From NCBI RefSeq assembly GCF_009914755.1, contig NC_060929.1: a stretch of DNA of 64,000 nt; one strand, written 5' to 3'. Source of the DNA: the human T2T-CHM13v2.0 reference genome, Homo sapiens. Positions 12,301 to 25,849 of this stretch are shown here, one piece after another (position 1 is the stretch's first letter; the number at the start of each line of letters is the position of its first letter). Below the pieces are notes generated by a model. It was not told the origin of the DNA. It ran no database searches and saw nothing but the letters and a program-made list of their open reading frames with translations. A program made the translations under genes and the position numbers.

Positions 12301-15300
12301 TTTTACGCTCAGCCCGCGCCACTCTAGTCCGCCAGCAGGGACTGGGAACCGGCCCCGCCTCTGCCCCTCCCACTCAGCTCCCTGCTCTGCGGGCTTAGGG
12401 GGGCGGGCTGCTGGGGGTGTTGAGGGGGCGGGCACGGGGACTACGTACTTGAGGCACAGGACGGCCAACGCCCTGGACTGTTGCTGCCACCCCCTCCCCA
12501 CGGATCCAAGGAAAGGAATCCAGAATCACCAAGCGAAAAGAAGGCCTACACCTAGAGCCCGCCTTTTGATTTTACAGACAAGGAAACTGAGGCCCAGGGA
12601 AAGAAAGGTTCTTGTTTCTAGACTGTCTAGAAGTCTAAATAGGAATTCCAGCAGTTCCCAGTCCCGAGCTCCAACTGCTCTGCTCGGCGTCAGAGCTAGA
12701 AGATGAGAGGGCGCTGCTGAAGACAGGATAGGCCGCTAACGTTCTTCCCTAACACCTTCCAGCCCTCCGCCCCCACCCCCACCCCTTAGTCATCGGCCCT
12801 TTCTGGAGAGACTGGGAGCCGCTTGTGCACGGGGTCGTTACCAGCCCGCCAATTCTGACCCAGCCTCAGGCAGACGGGCACGCAGCTACTGACCAGCGAA
12901 GAAGCCTTTCGGAGGCAGGGGTAGGGGTGGGGCGGGAAGGAGGAGGCGGACTCCAGGCCCACGGGCATCGACGGGTTTGTTCCCGGCTTGAGGGTCTGAG
13001 ATCCACTCCGGCCTCCCGGGTGCCTGATCCATTCCGAAGGCCAGCCCGGCTGGCGCAGAGACAGTCTGGCGTCCGCCTTGGGCCCGGGGCATCTGGCCAG
13101 CAGGTCTCCTCTGGTCTGTCCGCAGGACTCGCACCGAGACCTGGGAGCGCGGCTACGTCGGGCCGCTCTACCCAGATCATCACTCCTTAAGAATCTTTGG
13201 TTCTTTAAAGACACCGGCCCCGAAGCTCACACCTCGAGACACCAGCATTCGGCGTTAGACACACGCAGAGGGGACCAAGACTGCACAGCATCCGCGAGGC
13301 TCGCACAGGCAAACGCGACGTCCGGCATCTCTCACGCATCAGCGCAGAGGCGCGACTCGGCTGCACGACCCTCCGAGATTTCACCCCGGGGGTAGGGCCA
13401 TTCCCTGCCAGCCGGACTCTCTCCACTGTGGGCTTTCCCCAGGCTCGCGTTGGAATCTGGGAATCCCGGAGTGGTGACGCTTCAAGCTGGGGACTCTCGG
13501 TCTTACCTCCCGCTGTGGTTCCTTTCTTGGCCGATGTCCACCTACCTGGGTCCCTCATTCTCTCAACCTTTCTCAGCTCAACGCCCCCTCCCTCGGTGTG
13601 GTAGAGGGAGTGTGCCTCTCTTCAAAGCAAAGTCGAGGGGAGGGGGAAAGGAGAAGTTAATGTGAGTGCTCTTTTTAGAAGGCAAATCATTCACCCATTC
13701 ATTCAACAATTATTTATTGATGCCTACTATGTGCCTATCATAGTTACTAGTCCAAAGACAGAGGGAGAAAGGCCCATTCTCTCCTTGAACAGATATGGAA
13801 CGTGAAGCCCAGAGAAGAAGAGCGATTTTCTCGAGGTCCGGTAGGGAGTGGATGAGTGGAATTCCACTCCTGGACAAGAGAGTGAATGAAGGGTGGGGGG
13901 TTACATACAGGAGTGACGGAGACAAAAGCCTGGGCCTGCTGGTTCCACCTGTGGGAGCTCAGCAGGGCTGTGGGCCCTGGAGGTGCATGGGGGGGTGGTG
14001 CAGGGAGGTCCTGGTTTCCTGCCCGAGGCGGGCTGGAAACCCCCCGCTCTCCCCGGCGCCTGGCGCCAGCAGCGCTGGGGTAGGGCAGAGCGCGGAGCCG
14101 GAGGCACGCGGGGAGGGAGCGCTGGGGGCCCGCTGCTGCGGCGGCTCTGCGGGGTCCCAAGCCTCCCTGGCCTGGAGGCATTCTAGAAAGAGCGCAGGTA
14201 GAGAGTAATTACGCTGTGGAGAGAAGGACCTCAACACACAATCCTCAACACACGCCCAGTCTTTGTCCTAATCCAAGTACAATCTGCAACAGTGCCTCTC
14301 AGAGCGGCACACTAGGCCCTCAGATTATACATTCACAGGTACATGCACAAGGGCTCACAAAACCTTGCCGCCGTACACAAAAGCCCGTATCTTCATAAGA
14401 CGCCCAAAAGTATGTGTATTCTCACAGTAATACGCACAGCCACGGTACACACAGCATTCATGCATTCCTAGGATTTTACACATTGTCTCTCTGTCACCCA
14501 CAGGGTACATACTCATCACGCTTCAGATGTGTTACACCTGGGAGCCGCTCCCAATCCTCCATTCAGGCATGCACAGAGACCAAAGTCATATGGTAGAAAC
14601 ACATAAATTCTGAATACTACACAAATGCAGGGTTTCACACATAATCTCATTGCCACAATTTAAACCAGCTTGTATCTTCCTAAGATTCTCCACAATTGTA
14701 TTCGCAACACAAACTTCCAAAATCCCATCATACATTTTGTATATTCTCAGTGTCACCGCTAAGCCTTCAGTGCACAAGTACACAGTCACAATATCTACTA
14801 CATATGCACAGGTGCTCACAAATAGAGGTTCTCACATGCTCACACATAACACACATACAAATGTGTGGCCCACGCGCCTGCCCATATGAGTCCTAGTTGC
14901 TTTTATGATGTTACACAGATCACTCAAGGTTGTATACATCCCCCATATATCTGGCCTGGTTAGTGTGGTGGGGAATGCATTATCAGTACTGGGTGAGGAG
15001 TCCCAGTCCTATGACACCCCTTGAGGGCCCCTGAGACTACCTGGCAGCCCCCCATGGGTCTTAAAGAGCAGGGTGTCTCCAGCTGCCAGTGATGTGGAAA
15101 GCACTGTTCCCCAACCTAGAGAAGGTATTCAGTGTCATTTTTCAAGCGGTGCCCCCACCAGAAACTCAGCCCTAAGGGATCTCCTGAGGCTTGGGGCTGG
15201 GGCAACCCCCAGCAGGATGACGTCGGGGGAGACTGCAGTACAACTAGGCTCTAGACTGCCTTCTCAGAGACCCCAAAATGCTTTACTGTAGTCCGTGGAG

Positions 15301-16519
15301 AGCAGCAGAACTCCCGGGATGGTGGGGACCTTGTAAGGTTGTTCTCTATCTCTGCCCAAGCTATATTGTAGGAGGAGGTCTGAGACCTAGGATTTTGGCT
15401 AAAATTGCTTTAGGCTGGCAGGCAAGAGATGTGACAGGCAAGAGTCCTGGCTTTCCCTATCTAGCACCTCTTTGTTCCTTTCCAGTCCGAGCCTCAGTTT
15501 CCCCAGTTGCAGAAGAAGGGAATAGGATTGATAGTCTGGAATTCTGGAATTCCCAGCTCCTCACTATTGCAGGGACCCTGCCCTGGTTCCTCCTGGGACT
15601 TAGTGCTCAGCTCAGGGATCCCTACAGAAGGACTCCGCTTTCCTCTTGCCTACCTCAACAGACCAAGGACTAGAACTCCCAGGGTCCTAGCCCACACTGC
15701 CCCTGCAGCCTCCTCTTAACGAACCTTGCTCACCTAAAGAGTGCCTTCAGGGGGGTTGGCCTTCTTAGTATTTTCAAATGCAGGCTTCTCGTTTCTTCCC
15801 CCAGTTGTAGTGGTGAGACCCGGCAGGAACTCTTCTTTACCCTGTTTTACAAAGTAGAGGGCTTATGCACATAAAACACATTCCACCTTGCTATGGAATC
15901 GGGCCCATCTGAGTTAAAACTGTGCACATCATTCCTCCCTGTGTGAAGCTTCTACACCTCAGTTTTCTCTTCTGTAAATTGGAGGACAATAATAACCTCT
16001 GTGGAGGGCTGGCGTAAGAGTAAGCACAAGGCGAGGCTCTTAGCACAGTGACAGTAAACCTGGATAAATGGTGGCTCTGTTTTTAGGAATATTAATTTCA
16101 TAGGGGCGGAAATGGAATTACATGCCGCCACATGACTACAAAGCTCTGGATGGGGAGAAGGACCAGGACACTGAATCCTCCTTGCAGGGCTCTGTTCTGA
16201 CCTGACCTAGCTGCTTCTGACTGCCTTAGGTTCCTTCCCATTCCCTACTGACCCTACACAACCCAGCCATCATAAGACTGGAGATACAGAGACATCGCCA
16301 GGTGTAGGAATTATGTTGCCAGAGACCCGAATTCCAGTTCCAGATTCCACCCTCCACCCCCATGTCCCTCCCTAAATGACTTGGTGGGGGGTGCAGTCTT
16401 GTCACCTACGGGACTCAGTTCCCCCAACCATAACAGTAGGACAGCTGTACCCGGGCAATGCGAAGGTCCCTCAAGCCTGGACGTTCTGCAGTGGTGGGGT
16501 CTCGCTCTTGCCCTAGCCC

Positions 16520-18350
16520 CTCTCCTACCCTCACCCCTATCCGCGCCCCCCGGACTGGCAGGCCTCTGGAAGCCCAGGCCGCGGCGCCTACCGCAAAACC
16601 TTCTCCCGCCGCAGTCCCGTGACCTTGACGCCACGGGCAATCCCCGCACCGGACCCCTTATCTAAATAGGGCAGTAAATCAAGGACCTGTCAGGGCCCGG
16701 GTAATTACAGGAACTCCATAAAAAGGACCCGGCCGGCCGCCTGTTTATATTAGCGCGGTGTAAAATATTCTCGCTGTCTTGGGGAATCGCGTCGCGCAGT
16801 AACGCGCCATAAATCAGCCCGCGGACCATTTACCCCGCAGCTTGAGCGCGCAAATCCCTTAAACATTTCTCTGCCATGTCTGAAGAGGACCTAGGACTTT
16901 CCAATCTGGCCCAGCCTGCTCCCAGGGATGGGGGACAGTCGGGGCAGGGAAGAGATAGGCACGGAGTAGATTGCTCCTGGGAGCTCCAAGGTTCTGTTTG
17001 CAGACGGGAAACTAGCCCAGAGAGGGGAAGGAACTTTCCTAAGGGCACACGGCCGATGAGTGGCAGACGCGCGGCTAAAGCCCAGATCTCCAGAGGGGAC
17101 CTGGGGTGAACAGCAGCCTCTGTCTCCCCTTATTACCTTCTTTCCTGAGACGAGGGTGGTCAGGCCAGAAAGGGTCCAAGCAGGAAGTGACGTTCTTTAC
17201 ATTTTGGCCAGGAGGTTCTTGCCATTGTGCACAGAATTATGTGTCAATGCTTTTCTGCGCAACGGTAGCCCCTGATTACGGGCAAAACACAGGCCCAGAG
17301 GATGGGGAGAGACTTGCCCAAGGGCACACAGATAGAAATCGACGACCCTCCCCTGCTAAAATAATTCATTTTGGTTTATCTCCTCCACGCTCTTTCTTAA
17401 AGAAAAACTAGGAGAGAGTGCCTATGCATATATGTGTGTGGCTGTGTGTGTGTACGAGGGGGGGGGGTCATTTGTGCTCATTCTCAGGCCTGTAACAGGC
17501 CTCAAAAATACAAAATCTATTTAAGGTAAACCTGCTGCTGCCTATTGTCCAATGAGTAACATAAATCAAGCTTATGGAAAAAGAATATTACATTTTCTAA
17601 CCTCCCTCTGGGCTAGGACCTGAGGATTCGAGGGAGAATTAAACATGTATGTGTTTCCCCCAACTTTTTCTGTCTTCCTCCCCTCATTCTCTTTCTCTTC
17701 CGAAGCCCGTAAATGACAATGTGTTTACATAAGTTTTTATGTCGTCTGAGCTTCGTCCCGGCTCCGTTTCCTCCTCTGTGTATTTTCCGCACAGAGAGAT
17801 GTCTGCTTCGGGACGCGTTCAACCTAAACAGAACCCGGTCTGATTGGAAAATGTATTTATTTGAAAAATCGTAACTCACGGTTTTGGTGAAAACGGCCCC
17901 CAAATTTATGGGATCGCTTGGGGCGCAGCGATTGTAAATCAAAAGGCACTGGACACCTCCCTCCCCCATCCCCGAAGCAGCTCGGTCAGGTTCTCCAGAA
18001 CACCAGGAGTCCTGTCTCCTCCCGGTCCACCCTGCGGCCCTCCGAGACCCTCCCTTCTCCCATCCCTCGCAGTGGTTAGTTGCACACTAGCAGGCAGGTG
18101 GATTTTACTCCGGTTTCTTTTACCCAGTCCCGTTGCTTTCAGGGCAATTTCATTCTGGTCAGCTTCACAGCACTCAGCTCCAGGCCGCCTGTTAACGAAG
18201 TTTTGCTGTGCACCAGGCTGTTTTCGGCATATTGGGAGATTTTTTTTGTTCCTCACATGCTGGTTAGTTTCCTGGTGCTCGGTTGCTCCCCGGGTCGGGT
18301 CGGGCCACTTGTAGCCAATCCCTAGACCACTGATCATTGCCTGCCGAGCT
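16520..18350. promoter_or_regulatory. Upstream CpG-rich candidate enhancer blocks with PBX-HOX/MEIS/CDX/FOX/GATA motifs
   Basis: GTAAATCA 16674, CTGTCA 16687, CCATAAAA 16716, CCATAAATCA 16807, CATAAATCA 17560, TGTTTAC 17722, TGTAAATCA 17933, in unique sequence. Confidence 0.55.
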
Positions 18351-21300
18351 GTTTCATGCCAAGAGGCTTATCTCGGCTCATTGTCACGAAGGTCATTCTC
18401 ACTGCCTGACTGTTGCATCCCTGGTCAGGAGAATTTTTTCCTTTCCCAGTCTAATCTGAATTCCACAGCAAGGACTGAATCAACCCACTTTACCTATCTC
18501 CTGGGTCCTCCTGCCAGCGAAAGCCAGCTGATTACTGGGGAAAAGCTAGAGCCGGGATGGTGTATCCAAGGACAGATGCTGCTGGCTACATAGGTGGGGA
18601 GTCTTCGCCAGGGACACGACCAGCAGAGCTGGACGCAGGGACATTTCATGAGCAAACATTGAGTCTACTTTCTCCTGGAATACAGGACTGAGCCATATCT
18701 CTGTCTTAAGGATCATGCGCTTCTCTGGCAGAGTCCCCATGGGGCACAATGCAAGCTGTCCACTCCAGGCTTGTCCATCTAAGCCTTGCTATCTCAGGGA
18801 CAGGGTCTGGAGATTCATTCAAAACTTCTGTGCTCTTTTCTCCAAAAGAGCATGCAGGAGCCAAGAGGTTCCGAAGTCTGCCGGAGCATAAGTGTTATAG
18901 CTAGCAATGGGTCGTGGGGATGATCGGCAGCTGGCTACACTTAAGTTGAAAACACTGGGCTCCTCAACCCTTTCCTTCTGCTCACAGGCTTTCAGAAAGA
19001 GTCCGTATGCACGAAACAACTGTATCATTATTAGCCTTATTATTTTAAACGGGGCCAGGCCACATCCATCATCTTTCCCATAATGGTCAATTGTAAACAC
19101 ACTTTAAAAGAGAAAAACAAAAAAGGGATTTAATGTTGACACTGGGAAAATGCTTAGCTCTGGCATTGCTGGGGAATTGGCAGGCTCTCTGGTCCTTTGG
19201 GAGAGAAGTTAAGTGCTCTGAGAGTTTTTTTGTTTTGTTTTTTTTTGCTTTTTCCATTGAATTTCTAAATCCCTCAGGAGTCTCCTTTGTCTCTTCAGTT
19301 TAATGAGGGAAGTCCTTTGTTAAAAAGTCAACGATGGATAGAAGAGCCTTGGCATCAGAAAGGAGACGGGAGTGGAGTAAGAACACTGCAAACACGGTAA
19401 ACTGTGCTGATCCTCTTCATTACCATGGTCAATCTTACCAGCACCCTTCTGGATTTCAGCCTCTTTCTGCCTTACTATTTCCACGCTGCAGCTGAGTTTT
19501 GCCCTGGAAGGGAGAGGTGTAAAGAGAAGTGAACGACAGAAAAAACAGAAATTAGGGAAAAAAAAAAGTGGCGATTCATGAATGGTGACTGAAGAAACGG
19601 GAGCACACTTTGGTTTTCACTTCATTATCAACTATTAGAGCAAGTTCCCTTCCAGAAAGCCTGGGTTTGAGCACCTCTTCCCAGTGTGAACATTGCTCCC
19701 TAGCCACATGGACACCCCCAACATCTCACCCACACACACCAGAGGATACAAGATTGTCCACATTAGCTTCCTAAAACTCACCCAGAGCACGGCTCAAAGA
19801 ACAAGAAGTCACAGTGGAACCCAGCCTCAAACTCAAACCAACTGTTGGCAGTTATTAAATTCATTTTCATCCATACAAGCAAGGTCCCAAAAAAGTCTAC
19901 TTAAAAAAAAAAAGTGGCAGGAGAAGAGAGAACAGAAGGGAAAGCCCCAGAAACCAGACCAGAAATTAATGTAATTACCTCTTCTCCCCTGCCATAAATT
20001 CCGCAGAGGAAATCAAATCTTTCTGTGCATGTGTATAAAAACCTATCAGTCTATGGAGCTCGCCAAAACCCATTATGTCTCAAACTGGGTGTTCTAATTG
20101 AGTGAATCTGAATGTACCAGTCGACCAGGCATCAATGGATCCAGGTTTTTCCAAGGGCGTTTGCCACAGAGCCAGAGAGGATAAACATTGGTTGGAACCA
20201 CACACTAATCAGCTTGCTTGCCGAAGAGACCCTCTCTGAGCCTGGAGGAGATCTATGGAGCCTGGGTGCTGGCAGATGCATCCTAACATTTTGCGTCAGA
20301 TTGTAATGGAATATTTCTCATAAACAGCCAAGTGTCTCTCCCAGCCATTCAACTGACATGTTTTTTGTTGTTTAACTTCAGATCTGACAGATGATGATAA
20401 CCTGGAAAAAAGAGAGGTTACAAAATGCTGAGGGCTGTGGGGCTGGGCAGTGTAAAGGGCGCCTGCTCAAGAATTAGGACAGGGCTGTGATTTGTAGGGC
20501 CCGGAAAAGACTGTTATGCAACCCACAGCAAGCGGGGTGGCTGGGAGAGGGGCCTGGAAATCAAGCAGGAGGGGAGAAGTGCTCAGCCACAAGAGCTCTG
20601 GGCTGCTTGCTTCACGGAAATATGCCACTTGTATTGCATTTCATTTTGTGAGATGGAGAATGCTCCCTCCCCCTCACCACTCTCCCCAGGCTCTCAGTGC
20701 TCTCCTCTCTCATGAGCACTCTGATTTATAGCACCTGTTAAAAACACATAATGAATGCAATTAGCTGTGGCACTGGAGAGAAAAAAGGTAGGAGTTGGCT
20801 TTATTCTAATAAAAGATAAATGTGTTTGTTTTCATTAACTTCGTTCATTAATTTAAATTTCTGGGGCCAGTTTTAAATCGTTGCTGCTTTCTTTGCCATT
20901 AGCCTAATAGGTGCTAGTTCTCCAACTTTAGTGGGTGTCACAATCCCTTTGGGGAATATGTTTCAAATGCAGGGAACCCTTGTAGGTGAGGAGTGAGCAT
21001 GAGATCTGCATTTTCAAGAAAACTCAATAGCAGATTCTGATGCAGGAACCATGCCTCTGAGAATGTGATTTATATAGATATAGTAGGTACTCAAGAGTGA
21101 TCTATTCACCAAAGAAAATTATTTTCCTTGTTAGCTGTGGGATTCTATCCAAGTTAATATACATATATAGTTAAATATGATACATGTCTATTGTGGAAAA
21201 ATCAGAAAATATAGAGAAACATAGGAAGGAAATAAACATTTCCTTGATCTTTACAAGCTATTTACATTCTTTGGGCTGTAGTTTTCTAGTTTTCTCTGCC

Positions 21301-22063
21301 AAAGCCTAGGGATTCTTAGAAGGAGCAGCTCTATCTTCACTGTCCTCTCTACCACCCAGCACCTATCTGGCATGTAGTAGGGCATACAAAAGTATTTGAT
21401 GAAAGAAACAATTGTTAAGTGACACTGAGATTAGATGACCTCTAAAGTCGCCATCAACCCTAATACTCTATTTTTCATTCTCTGCTCTAAGAAAAAATAT
21501 ATAATTGCACAAACTCAGATATATTTGTCACTTGGACTCCTGACATTCAAACATGTATATGTTTTTTCTCTATGTCTTGTCACTTGATCTGACAGCTTTC
21601 TGCCTGCTCTATCTGATAACAGTTTAGGGTTGTCCTTGCCCGAGGCAGCTCAGCTGTCAGCATGGGCTGAAACTGAGTGGGGCAGTCCCCACCTTGTACC
21701 AAACAGAACAGTCTGAGTCAGTTTTTTCAGTCTCCAGCAAAATTGCACAGAACCAGAAACCGAATAGTTGGGTTTTTCAGTTCACAAATGTGTAATTCTT
21801 TCCTGAAACCTTGAAGCAGACCACTCCCCACCATCCCACCCTGCCTCACAGGGCACTAAAAAATGATCACTGGTTAAGGTCTTCCTATGTGTGACACACT
21901 TTACACACATTTCTCATTTAATCATCACAGTAGCACTTTTACCTCCGTTTTACAAATATAGAGTTAATGCTCAAGTTTCCTCAAGTAAGACATTGGAGAA
22001 ACAGGATTCAAACCCAAGTCTCCCTGACTTTAAAGTCCTTGCTTTCAACCACTACAATTAAAG

Positions 22064-22065
<2 letters not shown>

Positions 22066-22099
<34 letters not shown>
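22066..22099. repeat. (TG)n microsatellite
   Basis: About 17 GT units. Confidence 0.95.
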
Positions 22100-22102
<3 letters not shown>

Positions 22103-22180
22103 GTGGGGGTAAGTAAAATGCTAAAAATATTTTAAATTATCCAACAATATCACAACAATAATTAATTACAATACATAACG

Positions 22181-22476
<296 letters not shown>

Positions 22477-22656
22477 AATAACAATTATTTATTATATTAT
22501 ATTATTATTTATTGTATTTATTCACAATAATTTATCATAAATGTTATTATAAATAGCAATAATAATTAAGGAAGAATATGAACCCACCACCCAAACAATG
22601 TGCTCTGTTTCATTCCTTCACCACAAACACTGTATCCTAAGAATTATTTCTGCAGC

Positions 22657-22807
22657 TGGCACGGTGGCTCACGCCTGTGATCCCAGCACTTTGGGAGGCT
22701 GAGGTAAGAGGACAGGTTGAGCCCAGGAGGTCAAGGCTGCAGTGAGCTATGATCACACGTGACAGAGTAAGGCTCTGTCTCAAAAAAAAAAAAAAAAAAA
22801 AAAAAAA
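22657..22807 (+). mobile_element. Monomeric/internally deleted old Alu (FRAM/AluJ-like)
   Basis: Single Alu arm with long A tail. Confidence 0.8.
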
Positions 22808-24619
22808 CACCTCTCTGTTACATGAGCTCATGTTTATCAGTTTTAATAGTAGCATCAGGTGCTCATCAGGTTACATCTAATTTGACTTGTCACAATAAGG
22901 TTATAAATCCCATAAAGAGAGGAGCCGAATCTGTTCTATTCACTGATGTATACCCAGCACCTAGCACAGTACTTGCACAAAGAAATCATTCAATAAATGT
23001 TTGTTGAATGTATGAATGAATGGTAACTTGCTTGATACAAACAATTCTGGGGAGATGCTACTGGCAACATGGTCACCCAGGTGTCAATCATACAATACAA
23101 CCCTGCCACTCGGTGGGTGCTTAGGAAGATGTGGAAGGAATAATCTTTTAGGAGGAGATGGGACATAATAGATGTTTAATACACATACTCACCGTTTGAT
23201 CATTGTAAATACATTTTTGGTAATGGTTTCATTGAGATACAATTTACATCAAATCCATACATTTCCAATAAACTTTTTATTTTGCAATAATTCTATACAG
23301 AAGAGTTGTAAAGATAACACAGAGAGTTTCTGTATAAACTTCACCCTTCAGTTTCTCCTAAGGTCACCTTCTTACACAAACAAGGTATGTTTATCGTAAC
23401 TAAGACACTAACATTAATACATTATTATTAAACTAAATTTTAAACCTTATTCAGATGTCACCAGATTTTTCTTTTATGTCCCTTTTCTGTGCAAGGAAGC
23501 AATCCAGTAGACCATTTCACATTGAGCACAATTATGTTTGCCAAGCTGATTCTACCATGATTTACCTTTGACCAGCTGAATTTTTTTTTTCAGTTATCAG
23601 CTTCAGGAATTTAAAAAAAAAAAAAAGTCTCACCCAAATTAGCAAAATGGAACCAAAACAGATTCTCCACTTTAGTTAAGTTCCTTGCTGCCTCCTTCAT
23701 AAGGAAGGCCATGCTTTCTTTTCTCAGCTTTGTGCACCCTCATTATATGACCCATGTTACGCCCCAGGGACCCAATGTTTTACGGGTTTGTGCAAACCTA
23801 AGTCATCTGTAGGGTCCTAAGTCACGTGCCTACTGCCAGTGCTAACACTGTGCAGAGTTAGACCTCAGCCAAGTTTTTTGGGATGATTTGAGGTTTGCAT
23901 CCAGTCTTGGATTCCAGAAATCATACTTTGCACCTATTTCCATGTGTATTTTTAGAGTGAACTTGTTGGGAGAAAATGAATATGATCTAATGATAAGTAA
24001 AAGAGCAGGACACAAAATTCAACACGCTGGGCTGTTACAGCTCTGTCAAAATACACGTAGGAAAGAAAGAAGATACCCAAAGCAATTGTTGTCATATTAG
24101 GGTGGCAGGATTATGGATAATATTTTTGTCTTTCCTACATTTTCCAAACTTATTGCCATATTGTATTTTGCTTTTTATGATGATAATTTCTATAATTAAA
24201 AAATAAATGTATACTCAAACTAAATATACAACTTAAAATATAACTCCTTTGAAAGGAGACAGTCAGTGAGGAAAAGTGCCTAGGACAAGGAAATAAGTGC
24301 TGGCAACAACAGCATTTATTTGGTAATAAATATTCAATAAATGTTTGTTGAATGAATGCGTTAAGTAATTTACAGGGATCATCTCATTCAATTCTCAAAA
24401 GTACTTCAGGAGAAAGTGCAGTTATTACCCCCATTTTGCAGGTAAAGTAACTGAGGCACAGAGAATTTAAATAACTTGTTCAAGCTTCCCCAGCTGGTAG
24501 GCGACAGAGCTGCAACTTGAACCCACTGAGTCTCCAAACACAGTTACAGAAGGATGGAAAAAGAGGGAGAGAGAAAAGAAGGAAAGACACGAGAAAAAAT
24601 GGTTTCATCGGTGAGAACA

Positions 24620-24770
24620 GTTAGACCAGTGAAATGAATATCTGAGATGCTTCACCTAGGGGACTAGTCAAAGATGCAGAATCTTGGCCCCATCTCACAC
24701 CTAATGAATCAGAATCTGCATTTTTAAAAACATCCCAAGGGACTCATATGCACATTCAAGTTTGAGAAGC
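24620..24770. mobile_element. MER5-type DNA transposon
   Basis: GAATCAGAATCTGCATTTTTAA...TATGCACATTCAAGTTTGAGAAGC signature. Confidence 0.6.
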
Positions 24771-25104
24771 CAAGACAGTTAATATGAAATCTGTTTGGGA
24801 AAAATAATTTACACATACACATGCACACACACACACATATGTAATATATATATATATTTACTTGTATTTGTCTTGGCTGGGACTACCTTGCTAAGAAATT
24901 GGGGCATAGCTGTATAAATCAGTGTTCTTCAAAGTGCAAGTGATGGCTGTTTTGTGGATTGTGAAAACATCTTAATGAATTGCAATCAGAAACTAAAAAA
25001 ATAAATAAAAATTATCAGAGTGCATCTTATGAAGAAAGGGTGTGTTATTGCATGAAACTTTTATTTCAAGTGTGTGTGGGGGTGGTGAGTGTACTGGCTC
25101 TTGA

Positions 25105-25804
<700 letters not shown>

Positions 25805-25849
25805 AAGCCATGAGATTCTGAGCTGACATTTAGAAGTGTGGTGGATCTC

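Larger units (their letters stand above)
9450..14210. promoter_or_regulatory. CpG-island domain covering HAND1 exons, parts of the intron and the upstream region
   Basis: High GC and dense CG dinucleotides in blocks ~9450-10780, ~11380-12500, ~12700-13550 and ~13950-14210; almost repeat-free. Confidence 0.85.

Noticed and set aside
11377-12501. 374-aa ORF as a long HAND1 isoform
   Set aside because: Its start lies upstream of the TATA box and its end runs past the GTGAGT donor into the intron. Only 11425-11967 is supported as CDS.
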